Of a stretch of 56,660 nt of DNA, positions 1-12,800 are shown in pieces. The translations under genes were made by a program, and so were the position numbers. Under the pieces are notes generated by a model. That model saw only the letters and a list, made by a program, of their open reading frames with translations. It made no database searches and was not told where the DNA came from. Every line of letters begins with the position of its first letter. The stretch's first letter is position 1. Source of the stretch: Prorocentrum cordatum (taxonomy: Eukaryota); the NCBI GenBank assembly GCA_963575745.1, contig CAUYUJ010000075.1:62001-118660 (forward strand), written 5' to 3'.

Positions 1-309
1 TTCCGCACCCGCGACGCGGCGCGCCTCCTGCGCGCGACGCGGCGCGCCCGCCTCGGGCGGCCCTCGTCGACCCGGTCGCCTCGGGCGCGCCGCCTCCCGC
101 AGGCGAAGGGACGTCGCCGCGCGCCTCTCGTGGATGCCGCCGCGCTCATTCCCAGCGGTCGGGGGGTCGCGTGGGGTTGCGCGCCCGAGGGCGCAACCCC
201 GAGTCAAGAAACTGCCATGCGGACGCGGCCGCACGAGACCCTCCGCAAGAAACCCGGCCATGATTAGCCTGGCGAAGGACCCAACCATACGCAGTTGTGA
301 ATACCGCAG

Positions 310-2390
310 TTGTAGGTATCGTCTTCGGTGGAGCCCCCTTTATAGGGCCACGAGACGCTGTACCGGGCAAGGGAGACGCATGCGGACTGCGCCACTGGGA
401 CTTTCGGTGAAGCTTCTCGTAGGGCCTTGGAACGCTGTACTGGGCGGGGGAGACGCATGCGAGTTGCGCCATTGGGACTTTCGGTGGAGCTCCCTATGGA
501 CCCACGAAACATTGTACTGGGTGGGGGGAGACGCATGCGGGCTGCGCCCCTGGGGCCGTCGGTGGAGCTCCCTATGGGACCACGAAGCGCTGTACTGCGT
601 GGGGGAGACGCATGCGAACTGCGCCACTGGGACCTTCGGTTGAGCTCCCTATGGGGCCACGAAGCGCCGTACTGCGTGAGGGAAACGCACGCGGTGGAGC
701 TCTGTATGGGGCCATGAAGCGCTGTACTGGGTGCGGGAAACGCATGCGAACTGCGCCACTGGGGCCCTCGGTGGAGCTCCCCACGAGGTCACGAAACGCT
801 GTAGTGGGTAGGGGAAGCGCATGCGGGCTGCGCCATTGGGACTTTCGGTGGGGCTCCCCATGGGGCCACGAAGCGCTGCACTGGGTGGGGGGGAAGCATG
901 CGGTCTGCGCACTGGAACCTTCGGTGGAGCTCCCCTTGGGGCAACGAAGCGTTGTAGTGAGGGGGGGGAACGCACGTGGGCTGCGCAAGTGGGACATTCG
1001 GTGGAGCTCCCTATGGGGCCACGACACGGTGTACTGGGCGGGAGAGACGCATGCGAACTGCGCCACTGGGACATTCGGTGGAGCTCCCTATAGAGCCACG
1101 GAGCGCTGTACTCGGTGGGGGGGCCGCACGCGAGCTGCGCCACTGGGACATTCGGTGCAGCTCCCTATGGGGCCACAGAACGCTGTACTCGGTGGGGGAG
1201 ACGCATGTGAACTGCGCCACTGGGACCCTCGGTGAAGCTCCCCATGGGGCCACGGAGCGCTGTACTGGGTGGGGGGAGACGCATGCGATCTGCGCCACTG
1301 AGACTTCCGTGGAGCAGCGAAACCCTGTACTGGGCGGGGGTGACGCATGCGAACTGCGCCACCAGGGCCTTGTGTGGAGCTCCCTATGGGGCCACGAGTC
1401 GCTGTACTGGGGGGGATGCGAACTGCACAAATGGGATCTTCGGTGGGGCCCACTGTGGGGCCACGAAATGCTGTACTGGTTGGGGGCGACGCGTGCGAAC
1501 TGCGCCACTGGGACCTTTGGTGGGGCTCCCTCTGGGGCCGCGCAACGGTGTAGTGGGCGGGGGAGACGCATGCGAACTGCGCCACTGGGATCTTCGGTGG
1601 AGCTCTCCAAGGGCCCACGAAACATTGTACTGGGTGTGCGAGACGCATGCGAACTGCGCCATTGGGACCTTCGGTGGAGCTAATTATAAGGCCACGAAGC
1701 GCTGTACTGGGTTGGGGAGCGCCACTGGGACCTTCGGTGGAGCTTATCGTAAGGCCACGAAGCGCTGTAGTCGGTGGGGGAGACACATGCGAACTGCGCC
1801 ACTGGGCTCCTCGGTGGAGCCCCCTTTTGGGCCACGAAGCGCTGTACTGGGTGGGTGGGGGAGACGCATGCGAACTGCTCCACTGGGACCTTCTGTGGAG
1901 CCCCCCCTGGGGCGGCCACGAAGCGCTGTACGGGGTGGGAAAACGGATGCGAAGTGCGCCATTGGGACCTTCGGTGGGGCTCCCTATGGGGCCACGAAGC
2001 GCTGTACTGGGTGGGGGAGACGCATGCGAACTGTGCCACTGGGACCTTCGGTGGAGCCCCCTCTGGGACCACGAAGCTCTGTACTGGGTGGGGGAGGCGC
2101 GTGCGAACTGCGCCAAAGGAACCTTCGGTGAAGCTCTGGGGCCACGAAATGCTGCAGTGGGTGAGGGAGACGCATGCGAGCTGCGCTACTGGGACGGGGC
2201 CATGAAACGCAGTGCTGGGTGATGGTGATGACGATAACGACGACGATCTGCGGAGGGCAGAGGAAGGGGTGGGAGGCGGAAGGAGGGGGAGGATGAGAGG
2301 AGAAGGAGGAGGAGGAGGAGGAGGAGGAGGAACGCGGGGCGCTGTCTTGTCAAAACCAGGACGTAACACCATAGGATGGTTCGGAAAAAA
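310..2390 (+). repeat. ~78-bp tandem satellite (>20 units) followed by (GAY)n, (GGA)n and a conserved ~60-bp tail
   Basis: Unit consensus approx. GGGCCACGAAGCGCTGTACTGGGTGGGGGAGACGCATGCGAACTGCGCCACTGGGACCTTCGGTGGAGCTCCCTATG; tail at 2331-2390. Confidence 0.95.
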
Positions 2391-2870
2391 CACGCAAGCG
2401 CGAAGTGCAAGCGGTGGAAACCAGAGCACCCTGAGCGCAGCAGCTCGCTCGACGGCCGCAAGAAGCCCCCGCGCAGCGCGCGGAGCGAAGAAACCAAAAG
2501 GTTCCTTGACAAAACGCAGTCGGCTTCTTGATGCGCGACTCCACCTGTGTGGTTTCGCGCTCGTGCGGATGTTGTTGGTTCGTTTTGCCACGCTGCGTGC
2601 TGGATCCAACGAGTCGGGCTGACGGCGGGACGCGTCCGTACGGCGGGTTCGTGTCGTGCCGCCTTCGGCGCTGGTTTCTGACACCACGGGGATCGTGCAA
2701 CCTGGAACGATCGGCCGTTTGTTTCCGAAACGTCAGATCGTCCAACATCGACCGACTCTGGGTCGCCAGCGGCGATCAGCGTTGAACGCTGGCGGCGGGG
2801 TCGCTGCCGGTCGACACGACGCGAACCTACGGCAGCGAATTGCAGCGGAAGCAGGGGAGGGACAAGAGGG

Positions 2871-2956
2871 TGATGGGCCTGTTCTCCACCAAAAGGAGGA
2901 GGACCCCCTCCCCCTCCAACTCATGGTGGTGGTGGTGGTGGACAACCGGCCCGTCA
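2871..2956. mobile_element. Short TIR element (MITE family A), TG...CA ends, 5-bp TSD GAGGG
   Basis: GAGGG|TGATGGGCCTGTTCTCCACC ... GGTGGACAACCGGCCCGTCA|GAGGG. Confidence 0.75.
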
Positions 2957-5419
2957 GAGGGGGAAGGAAGCGGCCGCCACTCGTGCCGGCACGGTGCCTC
3001 TCTGCAGCACTCGCTTGGGTGCGCGGCGCGCGCCCGCACGGCCGCGGCCCCCTCGCAGAGGGCAGCGGGCCCGCACTCCCGGGGGCCTCGCCCCCGGGCA
3101 TGCTCTGAGCAGGTTCTCTCAGGGTGGAGAGCTCAGGGGTGCAATCCATATGGGCTTCCGCACCTCGAATACCAATCCGTCTTGTGATTCACCTTCTGCA
3201 GATTCAAGCCTCGAGAACCCATCGAAACAGCATTTCGAGTTTCACCCTTTGCCCTCCACCCAAAGAACATGCTCGGCTACTGTACCTGATCCGTGCCCCG
3301 GTGCCGCGATTCCTGCCGAGGCGAATCCGCGCTCGCGAAGCCCTGATCCTTTGTAGAACCGGCCCGTGGAGCACCCCCCCAGGCCCGAAGGCTTCCCTGT
3401 AGCTTCCTCCCGTCATCGCGAACTCGCCAACAGACCGGACAGCCACCCAACCAGCCAGCCAGACAACCAACTGGCCTATACGCCATGCAGAACGTATCCT
3501 TGTTCTTGTTGTCAAGCATGGAGGGGGGCGTGGTGGAGAACGGAGGGCAAAGGAAGAGGGCACGAGAGGATGGATGAGGGGAAGGACACGGGTGGTTAGG
3601 AGGCAAGCTAGTTGCGCCCGCACCATCTCTGACAACATACCCCTCCCGCCCATCCCTTTATGTTGCGCTGATGTTGTCTCTATTCGAAGACGCGTGTCGT
3701 AGCGGACATGGAACTCGACGAAAGATCCCATCGTGTTGTGCACAGTCGGAAGAGCGAGTTGCGTGCACTGGAGGAAGAGATGGCGGATGAGCTGGAGAAC
3801 GATAAGGAGGAAAAGGAGGATGAGTAAGGAGGAGGACGAGGGCGAACAGCAGCAGGAGCTGGAGTGGAACGAACGGGATGAGCCCGAGGTTCGGTTCGGT
3901 TCGGCCATCCTCGAAAGGGGGGTCATGCCCCCTCAGCCGGGGGAGTGCGCCTCTAAAAAGCGGCACAGTCCAGATGAGCCCGAGGAGGGGAGAGGAGAGA
4001 GGCGACTACGATGAGGAAGGTCTCGGATCCAGAAAAGTGGCCCGCGCTGGGGCGAGAGCGGAATTCCGAACGACGGGAACATGGCGCCGATCTTACAATT
4101 ACACCAAACACCCGCAATTTTCGCTCTACGGCCCGAAGAGGCAATCGTGAGATCGATGGCGAGCTCGATCGTGGGATCCCAAAATCGGCCCAGAACTAGC
4201 GACCGGGAACCCGGGAACCCAGGACTGGGAACCCGGGAACCCAGCAGCCGACCGAAATCGGCCTGGAAGCAGCAAACGGACACCCACGAAGCCAGAAGGG
4301 GGAACCTGGGAACCTGGGAACGTGGCCGCCTACCGAAATCGGCCCTGTACTTTCGCCAACTCTTTCAATCTCCGCTAGGACCCCTTCAGTACAAGCACTG
4401 AATGGGGAATGAAGCCTACGCTGCAGCGGGAACACCATTATGGAAGGACCGAAAGCGTTCTGGCTGAACAAGCACATGAAGAGAAATCATCCCGGACCAA
4501 TCCATTTTGAAAAACAATGCGCGGATGGGGGCGCGCCAATCTCAAGACGTTTTCGGGGGAGAGAGGAAAGTAGTATTCAGATTGAGCATTTGTGAACAAG
4601 GGAGGAGGAGGAGGAGGAGGAGGAGGAGGAGGAGCAGGAGGAGGAGGAGGAGGAAGAGCAGGGCGAGGGGTGAAGGGAGGCGGACGAGGACGAAACACCG
4701 GAGCTGAAAGTGGGGGCAACGAGGCAACCTTTTGGGACCCTCCTACGCAGCGGCGAACGCTGGCACTTCAAATCGGCCGCGCGACCCATGCGGGCACCGA
4801 GGATGGGGAAACCTCCGCGAAGCCGCCCGGAGCCGAGAGCCGTGAACGACCACGAGCCCCGGCAAGCAAGGTCAGGCTCCCGCGGAAGCCAGGGGTGCCG
4901 ACGGCGGGGAACTGGCGCAGGGAGGGACCCGTCGACCCCGCATCGCCCATTCCTCACCGATGGGGCCTCGAGTGACCTGACCTGCCCAGGAACGTGAGGC
5001 TCCCCCTATCAGGGGCCTGTCACCGATCTGGCGGCGATGTATCGTCGATTCCAGGTCATTGTTTCCCCCAGTTCCACCCCCTGAGCCAATCCACCCCCTG
5101 TCGGCTTCCCTCAGGCAATCACTACAACAGAAAAACACTGCGCACAAAAATGTATCGTGGCCACGCCGAGACTCGGTTCCATGTGCCACTCTCGGTGCGT
5201 CAGGTCCTAAGGATGGAGCCCGGACCTCCGACATCAGATGCTTCAGCCCGCGGGCCCTGGAGATACCGATCCCTTCTCAAGGGGCACGTGTTCGTTTTCG
5301 CCCACATCGTTGTTTGCTGGTCCCAGGGTCCGAAAGCGGCACTGGGCCGGCAACCAGACAACAAATAACAACACACCAAATGGAGACTGGCCAGCGCTCA
5401 CTCCAATCAGTGAGTTATT

Positions 5420-5945
5420 GCACTGTGTAGGTGGACACTATGCGGTGTAAGCTGTGGTTCAAGGCTTTATCGTTCAAGCTATGTGGTGTGAACCATGGAG
5501 GTTTGAAGCTATGCTGTGTAAGCTACGTGGTGTAAGCTATGCCGTGCAGGCTATGCGGCGTGAATTGGAGGTGGGGGCAATGCGGTGTAAGCTATAAAGT
5601 GTAAGCTGTGGCGCAGGCCATGCGGTTTAAGCTATGTGGGGTAAGCAGTGTGGAGTAAGCAGTGTGTTATTAGCTATGCGCTGAGTGTGATCTACGTGGT
5701 GCAAGCACAGAGCACTGGGCGCCCCTGAGGGCCCAGGAGACGGCACGGGCAGCAGCGTGGCGAGTCCTCGAGAAACGCGCCCAGAGCACGAGGCGCCCAC
5801 GAGGTGCCCACGAGGAGGCAACGTGGTGACGACATGGTGAACCCGCACGGGTAGCAACGTGGCGAGTCCTCGAGAAACGCGCCCAGAACACCAGGCGCCC
5901 ACGAGGAGGTGACGACATGGTGAACCCATACAGTTTCCTCGAGAA
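5420..5945. repeat. 14-bp minisatellite (AGCTATGCGGTGTA) followed by a ~100-bp tandem duplication
   Basis: Direct reading; CGTGGCGAGTCCTCGAGAAACGCGCCCAG occurs twice. Confidence 0.85.
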
Positions 5946-6229
5946 GTCTAAGTCAGAGCCCCTAAGTGCAAGCGAGGTTTGGGGAGCCAAACCAGCGTCG
6001 CGACTGAACAGGTCACAACGCCGAAGGTCTGGCAAGCACACAGTCGACGCACGGCCGCAAGAACGTGCTCAAGAGCGCGGGCCCCTTCGCCGAAGGCTTC
6101 GTAGAGAGATCACCGCGCGGTGGAGAGACCAACACACGAAGACCGCTCCGAGGTGGAGAGCCCACCAGTCAAAGAACGCAGGGATACCCCTCAAGAGCTG
6201 AAGCTGTTCCTGACCTTTGTGCCAACTGC

Positions 6230-6386
6230 TGATGGGCCTCTTTTCCACAACCATCACCATAGGTTGGAGGGGGAGGGGGTCCTCGTCCTCCTCCTCCTCC
6301 TCCACCTCCTCTTGCTCCTCCTCCTCCTCCTCCTCGTCCTCTTCCACCCCTCCAGCTCATGGTGGTGGTGGAAAACAGGTCCATCA
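6230..6386. mobile_element. MITE family A copy
   Basis: TGATGGGCCTCTTTTCCAC..ATAGGTTGGAGGGG, a (CCT)n core, then CCCCTCCAGCTCATGGTGG..GAAAACAGGTCCATCA. Confidence 0.75.
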
Positions 6387-6600
6387 AGCTGCCGTCGTCT
6401 AGAGATCCGCCGAAACCGTTGGCCCGCGACGGTGCGCAGGAAGACCCAACCAATGGGGCGCAGAAAGACCCACACCTGATTGCTGCTGTGCGCCCCCCCT
6501 GCAGGTGCACATCCAGCCAGAACTTAGAACAGAACCATCGGTTTGAAATGTATTGTTGTGTTTGTTTGCTGGTTGTGTCACATGTTGTTTCGTTTTTTTC

Positions 6601-7360
6601 GCGCTTTCCCCAAAAAGCATCCTGTGGTGTTGGGTGCTCGTTTTGAAGAGACAGCGCCCCACGTTTCTTCCTTCCTTCCTTCCGTCCTTCCTTCCCGCTG
6701 CCCCCTCCATCCTCCCCCTCCTCCTTCCTCCCAACCGCCTCGTCATCGTCATCGTCATCGTCATCATCGTCATCATCGTCGCCATCGTCATGATCCACAT
6801 CATCATGCTCATCACCATCGCCATCGTCAGCGCCGCACCTCTCACACGGTTCGTAGCACCAAAGGGAGCTTTACCGAAAGCCAACGTGGCAGCGGTTGCA
6901 TGCGTCACCGCCGCCCCATGTTGGCACATCCCTCACACGGTCCGTGGCCCCTTAGAGAGCTCCACCGAAGGCCTCAGCGGGAGCGTCCGCATGGCACCGC
7001 CGCCCCATTTCGGAACACCCTTCACACGGTTCGTGGCCCCATAGGGAGCTCCACCGAAAGCCCCAGCGGGAGCGCCCGCATGGCACCGCCGCCCCATTTT
7101 GGCACACCCCTCACACCGTTCGTGGCCCCATAGGGAGCCCCACCGAAGGCCCCAATGGGAACGTCCGCATGGCACCGCCGCCCCATTCCGGCACAGCCTT
7201 CACACGTTTCGCGGCCCCCAAAAGGAAGCTCCACCGAAGGCGCCAGTGGGAGCGTCCGCATGGCAACGCTGCCCCACTTCGGCACACCTCTCACACGGTT
7301 CGTGGCCCCAGAGGGAGCTCCACCGAAGGCCCCAGCGGGAGCGTCCGCATGGCACGGGCC
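6601..7360 (-). repeat. Related ~90-bp satellite (~6 units) with the same microsatellite + tail layout, in inverted orientation
   Basis: Shares the core GTGGCCCCATAGGGAGCTCCACCGAAGGYCCCAG with the reverse complement of the 78-bp unit. 6601-6666 is the reverse-complement homolog of 2331-2390. Confidence 0.9.
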
Positions 7361-8109
7361 ACGGGGCTCGGGCGAAACCAAGAAGACTCCCCGCTCGCCC
7401 GCGTCTTTTTTCCCCCTCATGCACGCCGCAATCCTTTTTGCTGCCCCCTCCTTCGTCGCCGCTCCCTCGCGGTACTCGCAGCAGCATACGGTGGGGTCCT
7501 TCGTCAGGCTATGTAATGTTTGTTATTATGTATCATGTTTGGGTGTTTTCTGTGTAACTAAATATATTGTCCCATACATGTTACCCAAACGGTATAGCCA
7601 GACCACGCCGACTGCGGCGCTTACACTGCGACACTGGCTTTGCAGTGTATGCGTCGCTCGTGTGGAAACGGCGCGCACACAAATAATGCAAGCATGTCTT
7701 GGCTCGACGGGCACAAACCGCTATCGACGATCGCACCGAGGACAACAAGCGCCGAGGCCGACGAGCGACGACGGTGATGGCGACCTGACAGCCAGCTCGC
7801 GTCGCACAGCGGAGACCCCCGCTCGCAGGCAGCTGGGGGTCAGACATCGGGCCCCGCACATCCGACGATCCGACGATGTAGGATCAGTCAGTATCGAATC
7901 GGGGAAGGGGGTCAACTTGGATGTGTGTTGGATCGGGCTGCATCTGCACGGGGTCGGAATCTCTAGGCGGATTGGCCTCGCCAGGATTTACAACGGCGCC
8001 ATGCAACCATCGGGCTGCATCGGATCTTGGGGACATCGGAACCGAATCGGATTGGCCCGGCCGAGATCGGCATCGGATCGGACCTGGGGAAAACAAACAA
8101 TACCGATAT

Positions 8110-8425
8110 CGGCAGGGTCAGGGTCCAAAAACACAGGGGATTTGCAACATTTCTGAAATTCGGCGGCACCCCTCACGCAGATCGGCGGGATCAAGGTTCA
8201 AAAACAAAGGGGATTTGCAACATTTCTGAAATCCGGTGGCACCCCTCACGCAGATCGGCACGGTCAGGGTCTAAAAAACAATGGGATTTGCCACATGTCT
8301 GAAATTCGGTGGCAGCACTCACGCAGATCGGCAGGATCAGGGTCCAAAAACACAGGGGATCACAATATTTCTGACATTCGGCGGAACCCCTCACGCAGAT
8401 CCGTAGGGTCAGGGTCGAAAAACAA
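8110..8425. repeat. ~73-bp tandem repeat, ~4.3 units
   Basis: Unit approx. CGGCAGGGTCAGGGTCCAAAAACACAGGGGATTTGCAACATTTCTGAAATTCGGCGGCACCCCTCACGCAGAT. Confidence 0.9.
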
Positions 8426-8464
8426 ACAGGTCCCGACACTGCTTCACGGCGAAGCCAAAGCCTC

Positions 8465-9500
8465 ATGACTTCGCTCTTCCATGGCCCATTCTCCGAGGGA
8501 GGGGGCTGGCGGCAGGGGGCGAAGCCCTTACTGATAAAGCAAGATATGTTCCAAGCGTTTGTTTTGGGAGCTGGCCTGAGCGGTGCGACAGCGCTTGTAA
8601 TGGAAGAGCGCCTCTTGGAATCACTCGACAGCACGATGGCGCTACTTGTGAAAATAATGGCAGGAGGCAGGATGAGCTAAGTAGAAGCGGTTGGTACGAC
8701 CACGTGCCATGCCGACAAAGAGGTTCAGAGGTTTTCAGAAGATGGAGGATACCGCGCTGCTCGACAGCGCTGAGGAGACGCAGGCTACGGTGGCACAAGC
8801 AATGGGCAAAACATCCCGAGGATTGTGGAAGTGCGCTGGCGGCGGTTTTTGGCGCGACGGAGCTGGGCAGCCGATGCCGGATCAGGAGATTGGAAAACGG
8901 GCGGGTTTGCGAGGCATCTGCACCTTGAGCCAAGCGGTGGCCAGGGACTTCCCAGGCGCTGGCGGATGTCAGCGCGGACGTTTGGAGCTGGTATTCGAAG
9001 AGGAAGTCAGACATCTCAATGTTCAAGAGAGGCACGAGGGATTGGGAAGCTTGGATTGGGACGGACCCTGGTATCCTACGCCACGCTGGAGAGGCATGGG
9101 GCGCAAAGCTACCAGAAATTACGGTGGGGGGAGAGGTGGTGGTGGCTCAGAGTTGGTGCGACTGGGAAACTGAGACAAAGGGGCAGGTGCGCGGAGCGCA
9201 GTTTACTACGGCGGCGGCGCTGGCAGGGCACAGGCGAGTGGCGCGCAACTGTCTTTCTCTGGTCCCCAGCCTGGCGGCCACGCATCAATGTCCTTGGTGC
9301 GTGACCTCGTTAGATTTTTATACAGAAAACGGCCGGCCATGTAATGGGAGCATCGGAGAGTCACGGAATATGCTACAAAAACACAAGCTGCTGGGTTCAC
9401 CCAGTCCGTGAGCCCCCTTCCCTCGCCTGCACCCTCCGTGGCTTTCAGGCTCAATCTTTGGAAGGTGTTCAGGTGCACGTGCGCTGCCAACAACCTGGGC
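8465..9500 (+). pseudogene. C-terminal remnant of a LINE RT polyprotein (post-RT region + Zn fingers)
   Basis: Frame-hopping fragments 8465-8680, 8704-8928, 9019-9411 and 9344-9500, with stops and frameshifts; Cys/His motifs partly mutated. Confidence 0.6.
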
Positions 9501-9516
9501 CGCACTGCGCGAAAGA

Positions 9517-10417
9517 TGGCGATGGCGCCGCGGAGACTACCACGACCCAAACGAGGAAAAAACGCGGAGATGGAAAGCGATCCGAAGCACCTCAAGGGCG
9601 GCAAGGGAAAATGACCGGACGGGTGGCAGGCAGGAGGGGCCAGCGCCAAGGCGGCGGGCAGCCCGCCAGCGGCCGCGGCCGCGGCGATGGGAGGGAACGG
9701 CAAAGGCGGAGGAGGAGGGCGCAGACCACCCCCCTGTATCAACGGACTTCAAAGATTAGCCCTCTGTTTGGCAGCAGAAATCAGAAATGTTAACCACATG
9801 ACCTCGGATTTCTTCCTCATGCCAGTCAGCAATTGGGCGTTTCGGAAGTCGATGGAAGCGTGGCAGAACTACTGGAACCAGGTCAAGGAGAAGGACAAGG
9901 GGCACAAGTTGGGGCCGCCAGGTATACGCGCGGATGGCTCGCATGGAAGGCACCCAGGAGCTGGTGTCGGATCGGTAGAGGAAAGACAAAACGACTGTAC
10001 CAGTATCAATAGATCGAGCAATGGACACCCTGAACGATTTCCTGAAGCTGATAGAGGACAACAGCGAGCACAGCCAGGCGATGATCACAGATGCGATCAA
10101 GATGCGCAAGGCCAGAGATGAGCAAAGCGCGCAACTGCAAGAACAGGAACCCGAACGAGGACGAGCACAAATTTTGGGAGGAGGGTTTGGGCAAGATCCA
10201 GATCGGCATTAACGAGTCTCTCGACTTCAGGGCGGTGCTCCCGAAGAAGGCGAGGAAAAACGCCATGGCGAAGCTGGGCCAGTTCTCAGGCCAGAACCTG
10301 AGGATGGCGATGGGGGTGCTGATCGTCTACACGGGAAACAAGAAGTCTTAGTCGGCGTCGCCCAAGTCGGAGCCGGAGGGGATGGCGGAGCGGGAACTTC
10401 AGCGTCGGCGCCGCTAA
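9517..10417 (+). pseudogene. Second (accessory) ORF remnant of the retroelement
   Basis: Fragments read LQRLALCLAAEIRNV..YWNQVKEKDKGHKLGPPG..MDTLNDFLKLIED..PEGMAERELQRRRR*, with several frameshifts; ends at TAA 10415-10417. Confidence 0.5.
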
Positions 10418-11250
10418 GGGGAAAGTGATGGCATTAGCGAGGTTTTCTCGGAGTGCTGCACCGTCAGAACGGGTTGTTTGCATTAGCGAGGTCGTCTCGG
10501 AGTGCAAAAACCCCGGGGCAGAGTGCCAGGCCGCGGCTGACGCGGACAAGCACGTGCACCGCGCCACCGAGGGCGTCAACATCATGCAATGAGGGCGCCG
10601 CCTCAGGCCCCCCCCTGGGGCAGTCGGGCATTGCTGGCGCGCCCACGGGCGCGCAGACGAAGAGGAAGAGATACCTTTCAGATGATGAGAGACTCGCAGA
10701 ACCGACCAGCATGGATGTAGAGCGCCTCACCAAACTCAGGCGTTTTGCCCCGAATGGTAGGATATACGACTTGGCCCTGAAGTTCCGAGCAGAACGGGAT
10801 GCTGAGCTACAGAGACATGCCCCGGGGAAATGCCTGCCTGGTAACAACCAGCCTACACGTCCTAGTAAATGGCGTCATCTACAATGACGGCACGATGCGT
10901 TTCCCCATCCCTTTTTTCCATTACAGATGCGGAGAGATGGTGGTCGGGGTAATTTGCATGCAGCGCAGCATGCGCACCATGTAGACAGGCCGCGGTCGCT
11001 GGGGGGAGATGGGCACATCGTACGAGGCACTACGAGTCTAACAGGGCAGTCGGGAATTAGCCACTATCTCAATGGGGGGAGGTGGGACCAGCATATACGA
11101 GGTACTACGCGTATCACAAGGAAGTTGGGAATGCACTACTATCTCCATCGCCCATGCTCGGACGCCACAGCTGACCTGGCTCAGCGCTGGCCTGGGTGCG
11201 CAGTGTGGCGCACTAGCGGGGTTTCTCAGAGTGCGTCGAGCGAGTGGGCC

Positions 11251-12800
11251 ATGGCCTTCACGACCAGCGGCCAGCCATGGCCCTGCGGGCGCTGCAACAA
11301 GGGGTCCCAGTGCTGCAAGATGATCAAGAGCCGCAGAGAGCGCGCGAGGAACGAGCCAGGTTACGAAAAGGATCAAGGCGGCAAAGGCAGCGAATGGAAC
11401 ATAGTGCGCATCGATTGCGAGCTGGAGCTGAGGGGGGAGGAATGGGCAGACTGGAGCGATTAAGAGAGGGCGCTGCACGGGAGGGGAAAAGTATTTCGAA
11501 AGAGCAGGTCTGCCGAGAACGGAAAAGGGAGGCAAGAAGAGCTGCGTGGGCCGCCCAGGCACTAGGACAGATCAAAGCTGCCCAAGTACAGCTGGCAGAA
11601 GAATGAGGCCAACATAAAAAAATCTCGCGCGCAGAAAAACAGTATCGCCTTCGAGACATCAAAGGATATGACACAGGTGCTGCTGAAGGGCATCGAATTG
11701 AATGGAGATATATTGGCAGCCTTCAGCAGAGCAAACTAGAGAATGGCAGGTGCCCTTCGCAACGCAGAAGAATATGGCACCCTACTCCACAAGCACATGC
11801 CCTTGCACGTCAATGACGTAGATGCGCTGAAGGCGGCAAAACAAGATTGGAGGAGAAAGAGAAAGAGCTGCACGAGATGGGCGACTACAAGATGGCGAAG
11901 GTCAAGGGTGAGAAGCAGCCAGAGGTCCTCAAGGCGCTGGATTTCGTGGAGAAGTGGAGCGACAACATGCAGCTGTTCAAAACATGCAGGAGGGGCACTG
12001 GATGGGACGGAAAGAAAGGAGGAGTCTGCCCGCGTGGGCTCGCCTTCCCGAACAAGCTGTGGTGGAGAGGTCCCAGTCCCAACTCGAGAAGTGACAAGTG
12101 GCACTTCTGGTGCAAGGTGGACTGGTTGCAGCTCGTGCAAGCGCGGGGTAATCACCCAGAGGACGTGATCTTGACGGAATGTGTGGACAAGATGAAGCAG
12201 AAAACGTTTGGAGCAGACAGCGAGAAATGGCCAAAGGCCGGGCGCGGGTCCCAGTTCCTCCTGTTCAAGAGTGGGCCATCGATGGTGGTGGAGCCCAAGG
12301 TGGGAGACACTTGGCAAGCGCTTATTGCGGAAAGGCCTTCGCAGCAACTGGACGACGCCATCATGGAGTGCCACTGCCAGTTCTTCGACGCGGCCCAGCA
12401 GATGAGCCCCAAAAGTTATTCGAGCTGGTCCCAGCATCCTTCCCGATGACGCACAACATCGAAGACTGCGACCTCGTCGCAAGGTGCCCAATGGGCCAAT
12501 GGGAGAACTCAGGGAGGAGGGCCTTCACTGTGCAGACCTGGTGCGAGCTGGCGCTGAAGATTGCGGAAAACGATAACAAGAACCTCCACGAAGTAATGAA
12601 GGCTGCCATTAAGGAGCTGAACAACGAGGACAACATGGGCCCAGAGGAAGTGAAGAGGCTGAAGGACCGCCAGAACCTACGGGACAGCACCCAGACCATG
12701 CTGGATGGCACCGAGGTCTTCGCGGAAAAGTCCGGCTACCCCAAGTCAGAAGTGACGACTGCGGCCAGCTCACCCAGCGGCCACGAGCCTGCTGATTCGC
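11251..12800 (+). pseudogene. Cys/Trp-rich accessory ORF remnant (~500 aa) of the retroelement
   Basis: Starts GCC-ATG-GCC at 11251 (MAFTTSGQPWPCGRC). It continues through frameshifts to KTCRR..CPRGLAFPNKLWW..WHFWCKVDW..GPSMVVE..QLDDAI..FPMTHN..WCELALKIAE. Confidence 0.55.

Noticed and set aside
310..2205. CRISPR-like regular array and many long overlapping ORFs
   Set aside because: Whole units are homologous, with no unique spacers and no cas genes; the ORFs are satellite translations.
3660..4014. Acidic coiled-coil-like fragment (ELRALEEEMADELEND)
   Set aside because: Short and frameshifted, with no supportable exon chain.
8924..8933. TTGGCTCAAG on the minus strand, matching the 3' end of the dinoflagellate spliced leader
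   Set aside because: Only 10 nt, antisense inside a LINE ORF, and the upstream CCGTAGCCATTT is absent; likely chance.
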